NCBI GenBank assembly: GCA_910578715.1
Contig: CAJTRL010000014.1
Span: 3,876 to 67,875, forward strand
Length of the DNA stretch: 64,000 nucleotides
DNA from: an uncultured Lachnospiraceae bacterium
GTDB taxonomy: Bacteria > Bacillota > Clostridia > Lachnospirales > Lachnospiraceae
Direction of reading: 5' to 3'
The first letter of the stretch is position 1. Every line of letters starts with the position of its first letter. Positions 45,696 to 56,075 of this stretch are shown here, one piece after another. Both the position numbers and the translations under genes were made by a program. Below the pieces are notes generated by a model that had not been told where the DNA came from, did no database searches, and saw only the letters and a program-made list of their open reading frames with translations.

Positions 45696-47657
45696 ATGAA
45701 AATTCTTCTGACCGCAGTCAACGCAAAATATATCCATTCCAATCCGGCGGTATACAGTCTGTGCGCAAGCGTGGACGAAGTTTTCCGGTCATGTATTGAA
45801 GTTGCGGAATATACGATTAATAATCAAAGCGAAGAGATTCTGGCGGATATTTACCGAAGAAAGCCGGATGTCGTCGCTTTTTCCTGTTATATCTGGAACT
45901 GGACTCTGATAAGCGGTCTGCTGGCGGAACTGCCTAAAGTCCTGCCGGGCGTCCCGGTCTGGCTTGGCGGACCGGAAGTGTCTTATCGTGCGGAGGAAAC
46001 GCTCGAAAAATATCCGTCGGTGACAGGCGTTATGGTCGGAGAAGGGGAAGAGACTTTCCGGGAGCTGGCGGCATATTATTGCGGGGGGATAGAGTGCTGT
46101 GATGGAGAGCAGAAGAGAGTCCGCGCCGAAGAATGTGAGAACAGCCATGCCAAAGAGCGGGAAGAAGTCCGTGACAGAAGCAGAGAGGCCGTTTCCTGCG
46201 GCGGCCTGGATAAGATACGCGGCATCGTATACCGCAGGCGGCAAAATGAAAAAGAGGCTCCGGGAGATTGGGCAAAGAAGCCGGACGGGATGGCATACGG
46301 CGATATCTGCCGTACGCCGGAGCGGGAACTGACGGATATTTCCGCACTGCCTTTTTTATATGAAGATTTGGCGCCGTTTGAAAATAAAATCATCTATTAT
46401 GAGAGCAGCAGAGGGTGCCCTTACCGATGCAGTTATTGCCTTTCTTCCATAGATAAAAAGGTGCGCTTCCGAAATCTTGATATTGTCAAAAGAGAGCTGC
46501 AGTTTTTCCTCGACAAAAGGGTAAAACAAGTGAAATTCGTGGACAGGACATTTAACTGCAATGCCGGGCACGCGGAAGAAATCTGGAAATATCTGGCGGA
46601 GCATGACAATGGCGTAACGAATTTCCATTTTGAAATAGAAGCGGACCGGATAACGGAAGAGGAATTACAGATTCTTGCCGGAATGCGGCCGGGGCTGGTT
46701 CAGATGGAAATCGGCGTGCAGACGGTCAATCCGGAGACTTTGCGGGAAATCCGGCGGATGGCCGATACGGACAGAATCCGGGAGGTCGTCGGGCGCATTG
46801 AAGCGGGACGCAATATTCATGTACACCTGGATTTGATAGCGGGGCTGCCTTACGAAGATTATGAGAGCTTTGTTCACTCTTTTAATGAAGTAATTGCCAT
46901 GCGGCCGCAGCAGCTCCAGCTCGGTTTCCTGAAAGTGCTGAGGGGCTCTTATCTGTATGAAAAGGCGGAGGATTATGGCATCCTGTACACGGAGACGCCG
47001 CCTTATGAGGTGCTTTGTACCAGATGGATTTCGTATGAACAGCTTTTGCTGTTAAAACAGGTGGAGGCGATGGTGGAGCTTTATTATAACAGCGGTCAGT
47101 TTGCCTATACGCTTCCTGTAATACAGGCCAGTTTTTCGGATGCCTATACGATGTATCTGAAACTGTCCGCGTTTTATCTGGAAAAAGGATATTTGTTTTC
47201 AACGCCTTCCCGCAGTTACCGTTATCGTGTATTGCTTGATTTTGCATTGCATGCGGGGCGCTTCATGGAGCCGGGAGCTAAAGAAGAGGAATGGGAAGAA
47301 ATATTGCGCCAGCTCTTGACTTTTGATTTGTATTTGAGAGAGAATATGAAGAGCAGACCGGATTTTGCCAGAGAGCTTTCGCCCTATAAAGCGCTTTTTC
47401 GAAAGTTTTATCAGGAAGAAGAGGAGCGAAGGCAGTATCTGCCCGGTTATGCCGGATATGACAGCCGACAGCTTGCCAAGATGACGCATATGGAAGTATT
47501 CGATTACCCGGTCTGGGAGCCGGATGCTATGAAGCGCACGCAGCGGCTCGATGCGCCGGCTGCGGTACTATTTGATTACAGCGTAAGGGATGCGCTGACC
47601 TATGAAGCGCGGCATGTCGTAATTTTGACGGAGGAAGAAAGGATACCGCACGAATGA
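45696..47657 (+). CDS. B12-binding-domain radical SAM protein (DUF4080-type C-terminus)
   Basis: CPYRCSYC radical SAM cluster motif, an N-terminal B12-binding-like domain and a long C-terminal domain. Confidence 0.85.
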   Translation: MKILLTAVNAKYIHSNPAVYSLCASVDEVFRSCIEVAEYTINNQSEEILADIYRRKPDVVAFSCYIWNWTLISGLLAELPKVLPGVPVWLGGPEVSYRAEETLEKYPSVTGVMVGEGEETFRELAAYYCGGIECCDGEQKRVRAEECENSHAKEREEVRDRSREAVSCGGLDKIRGIVYRRRQNEKEAPGDWAKKPDGMAYGDICRTPERELTDISALPFLYEDLAPFENKIIYYESSRGCPYRCSYCLSSIDKKVRFRNLDIVKRELQFFLDKRVKQVKFVDRTFNCNAGHAEEIWKYLAEHDNGVTNFHFEIEADRITEEELQILAGMRPGLVQMEIGVQTVNPETLREIRRMADTDRIREVVGRIEAGRNIHVHLDLIAGLPYEDYESFVHSFNEVIAMRPQQLQLGFLKVLRGSYLYEKAEDYGILYTETPPYEVLCTRWISYEQLLLLKQVEAMVELYYNSGQFAYTLPVIQASFSDAYTMYLKLSAFYLEKGYLFSTPSRSYRYRVLLDFALHAGRFMEPGAKEEEWEEILRQLLTFDLYLRENMKSRPDFARELSPYKALFRKFYQEEEERRQYLPGYAGYDSRQLAKMTHMEVFDYPVWEPDAMKRTQRLDAPAAVLFDYSVRDALTYEARHVVILTEEERIPHE

Positions 47658-48298
47658 CCAAAAATACAAAAGCAATTCTGGATTTGCTGGATGCCCATTA
47701 CGGAACGGAGTATGTCTGTTACCTGCATCATGAAAATGCGTGGCAGCTTTTAATCGCGACGATGCTGAGCGCGCAGTGCACGGATGCCAGAGTCAATATT
47801 GTAACAAAAGACCTTTTTCAGAAATACCGGAGCATCGATGATTTCGCGGAAGCGGATTTGAAGGAACTGGAACAGGATATTCATTCTACCGGGTTTTATC
47901 ATAATAAGGCGAAAAATATCATTGCCTGTTGTAAGGATTTGCGCGACAAGTTCGGCGGCGAAGTGCCAAAGAGCATCGAAGAGCTGACGTCTTTAGCGGG
48001 CGTAGGGCGCAAGACGGCCAATGTCATCCGGGGCAATATTTACCATGAGCCGAGCATCGTCGTAGATACGCATGTCAAACGGATTTCCAAAAAACTGGGC
48101 ATTACGAAAGAGGAAGAGCCTGTTAAGGTGGAAATGGAACTGATGAAGGCGCTGCCCAAAGACCATTGGATTCTCTGGAATATTCAAATCATCACGCTCG
48201 GGCGGCAGATTTGTAAAGCGCCGACGCCCAGGTGCGGGGAGTGTTTTCTCCGGGAGCATTGCGCGGATTATCGAAAGAGGCAGGGCAAAGAGAAATGA
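47654..48298 (+). CDS. nth: Endonuclease III
   Basis: HhH-GPD motif (LAGVGRKTANV) and C-terminal 4Fe-4S cluster CX6CX2CX5C. Confidence 0.9.
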   Translation: MTKNTKAILDLLDAHYGTEYVCYLHHENAWQLLIATMLSAQCTDARVNIVTKDLFQKYRSIDDFAEADLKELEQDIHSTGFYHNKAKNIIACCKDLRDKFGGEVPKSIEELTSLAGVGRKTANVIRGNIYHEPSIVVDTHVKRISKKLGITKEEEPVKVEMELMKALPKDHWILWNIQIITLGRQICKAPTPRCGECFLREHCADYRKRQGKEK

Positions 48299-48996
48299 TT
48301 GATTCCTATGTGGCTCTGGATGTGGAAACAACCGGGCTGAATCCAAAATTAGACAAAATAATCGAAATCGGCATGGTGAGGGTGCGCGCCGGGGAAATCG
48401 CTGCAGAATTTGAAACCTTTGTCAATCCGGGCAGAGCGTTGGAAGAGCGCATTACCGAACTTACCGGGATTCGGGATGAACAGCTGGCGGATGCGCCGGA
48501 TATTTCGGAAGTGATATCGGAGACGCTGCAGTTTATCGGCGGTGATATTCTGGTTGGGCACGGAATTTTGTTTGATTATTCTTTTGTCAAAAGAGCGGCG
48601 GTCAATAAACGATTTGTTTTTGAGAAAGAGGGAATCGATACGCTGAGACTGGCGAAAGCCTTTCTGCCGGAACTGCAAAGCAGAAGTCTTCCGTTTCTGT
48701 GTCATTATTATGAAATTGAGCACAATGCGCACAGGGCTCTCCCGGATGCCAAAGCGGCGTCGGAGCTGTACCGGAAGCTGGCGATGCTTTTTTACCGGGG
48801 AAATGAAACGGCGTTTGAGCCGAACCGCCTTTTATATCAGGCAAAACGGGAAACGCCGATAACGATACCGCAAAAAGAGCAGTTATATAAATTGCTGGAC
48901 AGGCATAAACTAACAGTAGACTATCAGGTGGAAAAGCTCACCCGCAATGAAGCGGGCCGCATTATTGCCCGGCTTCTTGCAGAATACGGAAGATAG
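48295..48996 (+). CDS. DEDD-family 3'-5' exonuclease (DnaQ/epsilon-like)
   Basis: Exo I motif ALDVETTGL when started at MIDSY (48295). ATGA overlap with the nth stop. H-x4-D motif (HNAHRALPDA). Confidence 0.8.
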   Translation: MIDSYVALDVETTGLNPKLDKIIEIGMVRVRAGEIAAEFETFVNPGRALEERITELTGIRDEQLADAPDISEVISETLQFIGGDILVGHGILFDYSFVKRAAVNKRFVFEKEGIDTLRLAKAFLPELQSRSLPFLCHYYEIEHNAHRALPDAKAASELYRKLAMLFYRGNETAFEPNRLLYQAKRETPITIPQKEQLYKLLDRHKLTVDYQVEKLTRNEAGRIIARLLAEYGR

Positions 48997-49570
48997 CGTT
49001 TTTCATAGCGGAGTTTAAGGTTTCGACCGTCGGATAGAGTTCTTTTATCTTTTCCGGCGTCTTTTCTTCCCGATAGATTTCACAGAGAAGTTTGTAGGAG
49101 CCGCTGATATCCGTTCCGGTTGAGACCGCAAATTCCAGGACTTCGCGGGCTTCTCTTATATATCCGTTCCGATGCAGACAGGCTGCCCACTGGTTCAGTG
49201 TCCTGGCAAGAATGGTATAGTTCTGGTCATATCTGGATAACAGGTCGATGTTCGGCGCACCGTATTTCAATTTCAGGTCCGTGTTGGTGATACCCGTAAA
49301 GTTTACAATCTGGGAATCGCTCAGCGTGCGGAGCGTTTCTTTGTATTCGGCGGCCTGTTCGTCGTCCGGCAGAAGCTGGAGGGAGAGGCGTTCCAGGGGA
49401 ACGGTAATATAGGAAAGGTCGTCGAGCGGCTGTCTTCTTGTATTGTTGGCTTTATGCTCTTTTGCCCAGAAGGAGCGGGTGCTTTCCGCATCCAGTTTGT
49501 TGTGTTTGGAGATTTCATAGGTGAGCCATACAATAAATACGAGGAAACTTGCAAAAAAGGGAAATTTCAT
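48962..49570 (-). CDS. N-terminally anchored hypothetical protein (helical repeats)
   Basis: 202 aa with TM FFASFLVFIVWLTY. No family recognised. Confidence 0.5.
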   Translation of the reverse strand: MKFPFFASFLVFIVWLTYEISKHNKLDAESTRSFWAKEHKANNTRRQPLDDLSYITVPLERLSLQLLPDDEQAAEYKETLRTLSDSQIVNFTGITNTDLKLKYGAPNIDLLSRYDQNYTILARTLNQWAACLHRNGYIREAREVLEFAVSTGTDISGSYKLLCEIYREEKTPEKIKELYPTVETLNSAMKNAIFRILQEAGQ

Positions 49571-49608
49571 ATATAATATCCTTTCAGGGAATATAGGAGG
49601 TCTGCGTT

Positions 49609-49716
49609 ATGTTTTCATTTCATAATAAAAAATCGAGGCAGAGAATATCGGCAGTCATTATTGTCATACTGGTTCTTGCGATGGTGCTGCCTCTGATATT
49701 AAGCGTTGCGGGGTAG
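49609..49716 (+). CDS. 35-aa single-TM peptide
   Basis: AGGAGG lies 8 nt before the ATG. MFSFHNKKSRQRISAVIIVILVLAMVLPLILSVAG. Not in the ORF track. Confidence 0.35.
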   Translation: MFSFHNKKSRQRISAVIIVILVLAMVLPLILSVAG

Positions 49717-49770
49717 TATCAGTTTAACATATTTTTTTAAGGGAAGCAATGTAACGGGAAAGGAAAGGTT

Positions 49771-51330
49771 ATGGTTATGTGCAGAAGAAGGGGAATGCTG
49801 ACAGTCATAACGGCATTGTTGGTCGGCTTTTTATCGGCGGGAGTAACGGTAAATGCTGAAGAAAAAATTGAAACGGGCATTTATGTGGAGGATGTTAATG
49901 TTTCCGGGATGACGGTTTCCGAGGCGAGAAGCGCGGTGCAGGACTATGTGGATTCGTTTGGGGAAGCGCAGATTACGCTGCATGCGATAGATGACCAGGC
50001 AATTGTCATGACGGCGTCGGAAGCGGGTTTAAAATGGGCAAATCCGGAAATCATTGACGAGGCGGCCGCGCTGGGTAAGGACGGCAATATCGTGCAGTGC
50101 TATAAAATGCTGAAGGATTTGGAACGCAACAATAAAGTATACGAAATAAAATTTGAATTTGATAAAGAAAAAATTAAAACGCTGATTTCGGAACAGGGCG
50201 CACAGTACAACCAGGAAGCGGTTGATGCGGTGCTGACGAGAACGGACGGCGCATTTCAGATTACGGAGGGGCAGGCAGGCGTCGCTATCGATGTGGATGC
50301 CTCTGCGGATATTGTTTATAATTATCTGACCGGCGAATGGGAAGGCGGGAACGGCTATGTGGATTTGGCGGTAGCAGTTCAGGAACCCCGTGGGAGTGCG
50401 GAAGAATTGTCCCAGATAACGGATGTGCTCGGAACCTTTACGACCAGTTATTCGACATCCAATTCTTCCAGAAGCGCGAATGTGGCAAACGGCTGCAGAC
50501 TGATAGACGGCAGCCTTTTATATCCGGGAGATGAATTTTCGGCATATGAGGCGGTTTCTCCTTTTACACAGGATAACGGATATTATATGGCGGCTTCTTA
50601 TCTGAACGGTCAGGTAGTGGACAGCCTGGGCGGCGGTATCTGCCAGGTTTCCACGACTTTGTATAATGCCGTTCTGCGGGCGGAACTGGAAGTGACGGAG
50701 CGCTATAATCATTCCATGATTGTCACCTATGTGGACCCGTCGGCGGACGCCGCGATTGCGGAGTCTTCCGGGAAAGATTTTAAATTTGTAAACAATACGG
50801 AATATCCGGTGTATATCGAAGGCATTACGACGCCTGATAAACATATTACGTTTACCATATATGGTGTGGAAACGAGAGACAGTAACAGGGAAGTCATCTA
50901 TGAAAGCGTCGTGCTGGAAAGGAACGTGCCGGAAGAAGAGGTCATTTATGCCAATGAATCTTTACCGCTCGGTTATTGTTCCGTGCAGTCGGCTCATGTC
51001 GGCTACAAGGCACAGTTGTGGAAAGTCGTTAAAGTGGATGGCGTGGAAGTCAGCAGAGAGCAGGTAAACAGCAGTTCTTATAATAAGTCGCCGAGGAATG
51101 CGACGGTCGGAACGGCCACCGCGGACCCGGAGGCATATAATGCGATTATGGCGGCGATTGCGACCAACAGTATCGACCAGGTCAAGGCAGTGGCGGGAGC
51201 TTATCAGGCACAGGCCGACGCCGCGGCGGCACAGGCGGCTGCAGCAGCGGCACAACAGCCGCCGGCGGAGCAGCCTCCGGCAGAACAGACACCTCCTCCG
51301 GCTCCGCCAGAACCGGCGCCGGAAGGCTAA
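49771..51330 (+). CDS. VanW-family protein with a G5-like domain and Ala/Pro-rich tail
   Basis: VanW core (GGGICQVSTTLYNA ... ERYNHS), an N-terminal signal/anchor and a C-terminal low-complexity AAQA/PPAE region. Confidence 0.8.
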   Translation: MVMCRRRGMLTVITALLVGFLSAGVTVNAEEKIETGIYVEDVNVSGMTVSEARSAVQDYVDSFGEAQITLHAIDDQAIVMTASEAGLKWANPEIIDEAAALGKDGNIVQCYKMLKDLERNNKVYEIKFEFDKEKIKTLISEQGAQYNQEAVDAVLTRTDGAFQITEGQAGVAIDVDASADIVYNYLTGEWEGGNGYVDLAVAVQEPRGSAEELSQITDVLGTFTTSYSTSNSSRSANVANGCRLIDGSLLYPGDEFSAYEAVSPFTQDNGYYMAASYLNGQVVDSLGGGICQVSTTLYNAVLRAELEVTERYNHSMIVTYVDPSADAAIAESSGKDFKFVNNTEYPVYIEGITTPDKHITFTIYGVETRDSNREVIYESVVLERNVPEEEVIYANESLPLGYCSVQSAHVGYKAQLWKVVKVDGVEVSREQVNSSSYNKSPRNATVGTATADPEAYNAIMAAIATNSIDQVKAVAGAYQAQADAAAAQAAAAAAQQPPAEQPPAEQTPPPAPPEPAPEG

Positions 51331-51369
51331 ACGGATGATTGTAAGAAAGGCAGCGGGAAGCTGATTGTT

Positions 51370-52359
51370 ATGAGAAGCGGGAAAGTTTCGGAGAGCGTTC
51401 TCATGCGCTCTGTTTTGCGAAAGATAAAAACCGAACGGGAAGAAATAGTATGCGGCGCAGGAATAGGGGCAGACTGCGCCGTTTTTTCATGTGAGAAAGA
51501 CGGAGAGAGTGTTTTTTCCACCAATTCTGTCAGCGCGCCCGCGGACATGGTATGCGCTTACGGTGTGCACAGGGCGCTGAACAATGTGGCAGCCGCCTGT
51601 GCGGAGCCGGTCGGTATCTTGCTTTCCGCAATGCTTTCGGAAAACCTGGAAGAAAAGGAATTACAGGATATGATGGCACAGGCGGAGGAAATCTGCGGGC
51701 GGCATCATGTGCAGATAGCCGGAGGGCATACGGAAGTGACGGGCGCGGTAAAACGGCCTGTGCTGACCGTAACGGGTATTGGAAAGCGGACAAAAGCCGA
51801 TGGCCGGAAACGCATAAAGCCCGGTCAGGATGTGGTAGTCAGTAAATGGATTGGACTGGAAGGCACGGTGCGGATTGCCAGAGAGCACAGGGAAGCGCTG
51901 CTTACCAGATATCCGGCGAGGATGATAGATGAAGCGGCGGAATTTGAACAGTTCTTTTCCGTGATACCGGAGGCCGCTACCGCCCGTAAGTCCGGCGTCT
52001 GCGGAATCCATGATGCTTCACAGGGCGGTATTTTTGGTGCGCTGTGGGAGATGGCTGATGGAGCCGGCGTTGGACTGGAAATTGATTTGAAAAAACTGCC
52101 TGTCAGACAGGAAACGATAGAAGTATGTGAATTTTTCGATTTGAATCCGTATGAATTATCTTCGACAGGATGCCTTCTGATGACGTCGGAAGACGGAAAT
52201 GCGCTTGTCGCCGCCCTGAAGCGGGAAGGCATTCCGGCTGTGGCGGTTGGGAAGACGACGGACGGAAACGACAGGCTGCTTCTGAACGGAGAAGAGCGGC
52301 GCTTTCTGGAACCGCCTAAGACGGATGAATTATATAAAATAGACAAATTCGCGCACTAA
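51370..52359 (+). CDS. AIR-synthase-related (PurM/HypE/ThiL-fold) protein
   Basis: GADCAV ... GGHTE ... DASQGG pattern of the PurM-like superfamily. Confidence 0.75.
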   Translation: MRSGKVSESVLMRSVLRKIKTEREEIVCGAGIGADCAVFSCEKDGESVFSTNSVSAPADMVCAYGVHRALNNVAAACAEPVGILLSAMLSENLEEKELQDMMAQAEEICGRHHVQIAGGHTEVTGAVKRPVLTVTGIGKRTKADGRKRIKPGQDVVVSKWIGLEGTVRIAREHREALLTRYPARMIDEAAEFEQFFSVIPEAATARKSGVCGIHDASQGGIFGALWEMADGAGVGLEIDLKKLPVRQETIEVCEFFDLNPYELSSTGCLLMTSEDGNALVAALKREGIPAVAVGKTTDGNDRLLLNGEERRFLEPPKTDELYKIDKFAH

Positions 52360-52379
52360 GAAAGGAGCATGGCTTAAAA

Positions 52380-52862
52380 ATGAGAGAAAAATTATTATCG
52401 GTAATCGAGAAAAACAGCCGCATTGATGTGAAAGAGCTTGCCGTTATTATGGGGGCGGAAGAAATTGATATTGTCAACGAGCTTGCGGCGATGGAAAGTG
52501 AGGGCGTTATCTGCGGTTATCACACATTGATTGACTGGGAGAAGACGTCGATTGAGAAAGTCAGCGCGTTAATCGAGGTCAGAGTAACGCCCCAGAGGGG
52601 ACAGGGATTCGATAAGATTGCTGAGCGCATCTACAAATACCCGGAAGTCAATTCGGTTTACCTGATTTCAGGAGGCTATGATTTGCTTGTGTCGCTGGAA
52701 GGAAAGTCTTTGAAAGAGATTTCCGCTTTTGTGTCGGATAAACTGTCCACATTGGAAACGGTGCTCAGCACGGCGACCCATTTTATCCTGAAAAAATACA
52801 AAGACCACGGGACGATTCTGGCAAAGAAACATGAAGATACAAGAGAGAAGGTGACACCGTGA
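52380..52862 (+). CDS. Lrp/AsnC-family transcriptional regulator
   Basis: 160 aa with an N-terminal HTH and a C-terminal RAM-like domain. Confidence 0.85.
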   Translation: MREKLLSVIEKNSRIDVKELAVIMGAEEIDIVNELAAMESEGVICGYHTLIDWEKTSIEKVSALIEVRVTPQRGQGFDKIAERIYKYPEVNSVYLISGGYDLLVSLEGKSLKEISAFVSDKLSTLETVLSTATHFILKKYKDHGTILAKKHEDTREKVTP

Positions 52863-54025
52863 GAAATCCGTTATCAGAAAAGGTAGTCGATATTAAACCG
52901 TCCGGCATCCGGAAATTTTTTGATATTGTCAATGAAATGGACGATGTTATTTCACTGAGCGTCGGCGAGCCGGATTTTGATACGCCCTGGCATATCCGGG
53001 ACGAGGGCATTTACTCTCTGGAAAAAGGGAGAACCTTTTATACTTCCAATGCCGGACTGAAAGAATTAAAGGAAGAAATTTGTAAGTATCTGAAAAGAAA
53101 ACAGGGCGTGGAGTATGACCCGGACCATGAAGTGTTTTTGACAGTAGGCGGTTCGGAGGGAATCGACGCGGCAATGCGCGCAATGCTCAATCCCGGTGAG
53201 GAAGTGCTGATTCCGCAGCCGAGCTTCGTATCTTATGAACCCTGTGCGATACTGGCGGGCGGCGTTCCGGTTATTATCGAGTTAAAGGCGGAGAATGAGT
53301 TTCGTCTGACCGCAGAGGAGCTGGAAGCGGCAATCACGGAGAAAACAAAGCTGCTGGTGCTTCCGTTCCCGAATAATCCGACGGGTGCAATCCTTGAGAA
53401 AAAAGATTTGGAGGAGCTTGCGGAGGTCATTATAAAACATGATATTTTTGTGATGTCCGATGAAATTTACGCGGAACTGACCTATAAGGAGAAGCATACT
53501 TCAATCGTGGAAATACCGGGGATGAAAGAGCGTACCATCCTGATTAACGGCTTTTCCAAAGCCTATGCGATGACGGGCTGGCGGCTCGGCTATGCGTGCG
53601 GTCCGAAGGAAATTATCGCGCAAATGCTCAAGATTCATCAGTTTGCAATCATGTGTGCGCCGACGACCAGCCAGTATGCGGCGGTGGAAGCGCTTCGCAA
53701 CGGCGATGACGACGTGGCGGAAATGAGAGAAGCGTATAATCAGCGGAGAAGATATCTGATGCACGCTTTCAAGGAGATGAACCTTCCCTGTTTTGAACCT
53801 TTCGGCGCGTTTTATGTATTCCCCTGTATCAAGGAATTTGGGATGACAAGCGATGAGTTTGCGACACGTTTCCTGAAAGAAGAAAAAGTGGCGGTTGTAC
53901 CGGGGACGGCATTCGGAGACTGCGGAGAAGGATTTTTGAGAATTTCCTATGCGTATTCGCTGGATAACCTGAAAATTGCGATGCAGAAGCTGGCGGACTT
54001 TTTGGAGAGACTGCGGAGCGCATAA
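52859..54025 (+). CDS. Class I/II PLP-dependent aminotransferase
   Basis: PNNPTG and SKAYAMTGWRLGY (PLP-lysine) motifs. Overlaps the Lrp stop. Confidence 0.9.
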   Translation: MRNPLSEKVVDIKPSGIRKFFDIVNEMDDVISLSVGEPDFDTPWHIRDEGIYSLEKGRTFYTSNAGLKELKEEICKYLKRKQGVEYDPDHEVFLTVGGSEGIDAAMRAMLNPGEEVLIPQPSFVSYEPCAILAGGVPVIIELKAENEFRLTAEELEAAITEKTKLLVLPFPNNPTGAILEKKDLEELAEVIIKHDIFVMSDEIYAELTYKEKHTSIVEIPGMKERTILINGFSKAYAMTGWRLGYACGPKEIIAQMLKIHQFAIMCAPTTSQYAAVEALRNGDDDVAEMREAYNQRRRYLMHAFKEMNLPCFEPFGAFYVFPCIKEFGMTSDEFATRFLKEEKVAVVPGTAFGDCGEGFLRISYAYSLDNLKIAMQKLADFLERLRSA

Positions 54026-54104
54026 CGAATCGGCAAGACGGTTTAAGGAAAATGTTTTATTTATGCGATAAGAATGCCGTAGGCGCGGCGGAACGGAGAA
54101 AAAG

Positions 54105-54596
54105 ATGCACATTGTTCTGCACCAGCCGGAGATACCGGCGAATACGGGAAATATCGGAAGAACCTGTGTGGCAACAGGAACGAGTCTGCATTTAATTGAA
54201 CCGCTCGGATTTCATCTTGATGAGCGCTCGATTAAGCGGGCCGGAATGGATTACTGGGAACAGCTGGATGTGACGAGATACATAAATTACCGGGAGTTTC
54301 TGGAACAGCATCCAGGCGCAAAGATATGGATGGCGACGACGAAAGCCCGGAAAGTCTATACGGAAGCGGCTTTTGGCATGGATGATTTTATCATGTTCGG
54401 CAAAGAAAGCGGCGGCATCCCAGAGGAAATTCTGGTCGGGAATGAGGAAAACTGTATCAGGATTCCCATGCTCGAGCAGATTCGTTCCCTGAATTTGTCC
54501 AATTCCGTTGCCATCGTGCTGTATGAAGCGCTGCGGCAGAACGGTTTTGAAGGGATGCAGAAGGAAGGGGAACTGCACAGACTGCGTTGGCAGTAA
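54105..54596 (+). CDS. trmL: tRNA (cytidine/uridine-34-2'-O)-methyltransferase (SpoU/TrmL)
   Basis: 163 aa with IVLHQPEIPANTGNIGRTC N-terminus and LNLSNSVAIVLYE knot motif. Confidence 0.85.
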   Translation: MHIVLHQPEIPANTGNIGRTCVATGTSLHLIEPLGFHLDERSIKRAGMDYWEQLDVTRYINYREFLEQHPGAKIWMATTKARKVYTEAAFGMDDFIMFGKESGGIPEEILVGNEENCIRIPMLEQIRSLNLSNSVAIVLYEALRQNGFEGMQKEGELHRLRWQ

Positions 54597-54647
54597 TGGA
54601 AACCGGAACTTCAGGATTTCTGTTTCATCGGGATAGGCGTGTCCGAT

Positions 54648-56072
54648 TTAATACTCATCTTCGATATCCGCTTCCGGCAGAGAAAAGATAAATTCCGAGC
54701 CGGCGCCTTCCGTGCTGATTACGTTAATATGTTCACCGTGGGACTGGATGATTTCTTTCGTAATGGAGAGACCGAGGCCAGTCCCTTTTTTGTCCTTTCC
54801 ACGGGAGATGTCCGATTTGTAGAAACGGTCCCAAATCAGTTTCAGGTTGTCTTTTGGAATGCCGATGCCGGAGTCTTTGACGCTGACGAAAACTTTATTG
54901 TGCTTTTCGGTCGTTTCCAGTTTGATAATGGAGTTGTGATGGCTGAATTTAATCGCATTGTCTAACAGATTATAGAGTACCTGCTGGATTTTTCCCATGT
55001 CCGCGGTAACGTACATTTCTTCCCCGGTCAGCACGAGTTCGATAGCAATCTTTTTTTCCCGGCATGTGCCTTCGAAAGAGGCGGCCACGTTCCGGATGGC
55101 CTGATTGATGTCGAAGTCTGTTTTTTCCAGCATGATGCCTTTCGTATTCAGGTTATTCAGAGTCAGCAGACTGTTGGTTAGTTTTGTCAGCCGTTCCGTT
55201 TCATTTAAAACGATGGTAAGATATTTTTCGTGGAGTTCCGGCGGTATCGTGCCGTCAAGCATAGCTTCCAGATAGCCTTTGATGGAAGTTAAGGGCGAGC
55301 GGAAGTCGTGGGAAACATTGGCGACGAATTTTTTCTGGTCGTCTTCGGAGCGGGCGATTTCTCCGGCCATATAGGAAAGGGCGGCCGCGAGATAGCCCAT
55401 CTCGTCTTCGCTTTCCACGGTAAATTCATAGTGCATGTTGCCGCTGGCATATTGTTCCGTCGCTTCCGTAATTTTACGAAGAGGAATATATACCATTTCC
55501 GTGAAGAATATCAGAATAATCAGCGATAAGAGAAACAAAATCACCAGCATAATATAGGAAATATTTAACAGGCTGTTGGTAGATGCCTGGATTTTACTCA
55601 TGGGACAGTGGATGACAACATAGCCTTTTACTTTGAAATCGGCGGTAATCGGCGCAAAAACGCTCAGCGTCTCTTCCGTAAAGGAGCCAAAAAAATTGCC
55701 CGTCGTATAATAAGACCCTTCGGTAATGGTGGAGTCAAAATTTTCGATAACCACTTCGTTTTCCACGTCAATCGGTGAAGAAGAATCGAGAACCATACGA
55801 CCCGAAGGATTGATAATCCAGATAATCGCGTCCATATAAGTATCAAGAGCATCCAGCTGCGTTTTTACCGCGTCCAGCGTCGTTTCGCTATTGTACAGGT
55901 CGGAGGCATAAGTATTGGCAATCAGCGTTGCTTCCCGGTAAAGGGAATCGGCTTTGTCTTTTTTTAAATGGTCTAACGTCATATTGGAAACGAAGGTCGC
56001 TACGACGATAAAGCCAAAAAAGCCGAAGATAAAATAAGCGAGTATGAATTTTAAATACAGCGTTTTTCTCAT
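54648..56072 (-). CDS. Sensor histidine kinase
   Basis: Two TM segments plus extracytoplasmic domain, HAMP, H-box SHDFRSPLT and HATPase (DSGIGI, GTGLGLSI). Confidence 0.85.
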   Translation of the reverse strand: MRKTLYLKFILAYFIFGFFGFIVVATFVSNMTLDHLKKDKADSLYREATLIANTYASDLYNSETTLDAVKTQLDALDTYMDAIIWIINPSGRMVLDSSSPIDVENEVVIENFDSTITEGSYYTTGNFFGSFTEETLSVFAPITADFKVKGYVVIHCPMSKIQASTNSLLNISYIMLVILFLLSLIILIFFTEMVYIPLRKITEATEQYASGNMHYEFTVESEDEMGYLAAALSYMAGEIARSEDDQKKFVANVSHDFRSPLTSIKGYLEAMLDGTIPPELHEKYLTIVLNETERLTKLTNSLLTLNNLNTKGIMLEKTDFDINQAIRNVAASFEGTCREKKIAIELVLTGEEMYVTADMGKIQQVLYNLLDNAIKFSHHNSIIKLETTEKHNKVFVSVKDSGIGIPKDNLKLIWDRFYKSDISRGKDKKGTGLGLSITKEIIQSHGEHINVISTEGAGSEFIFSLPEADIEDEY

Positions 56073-56075
56073 TGT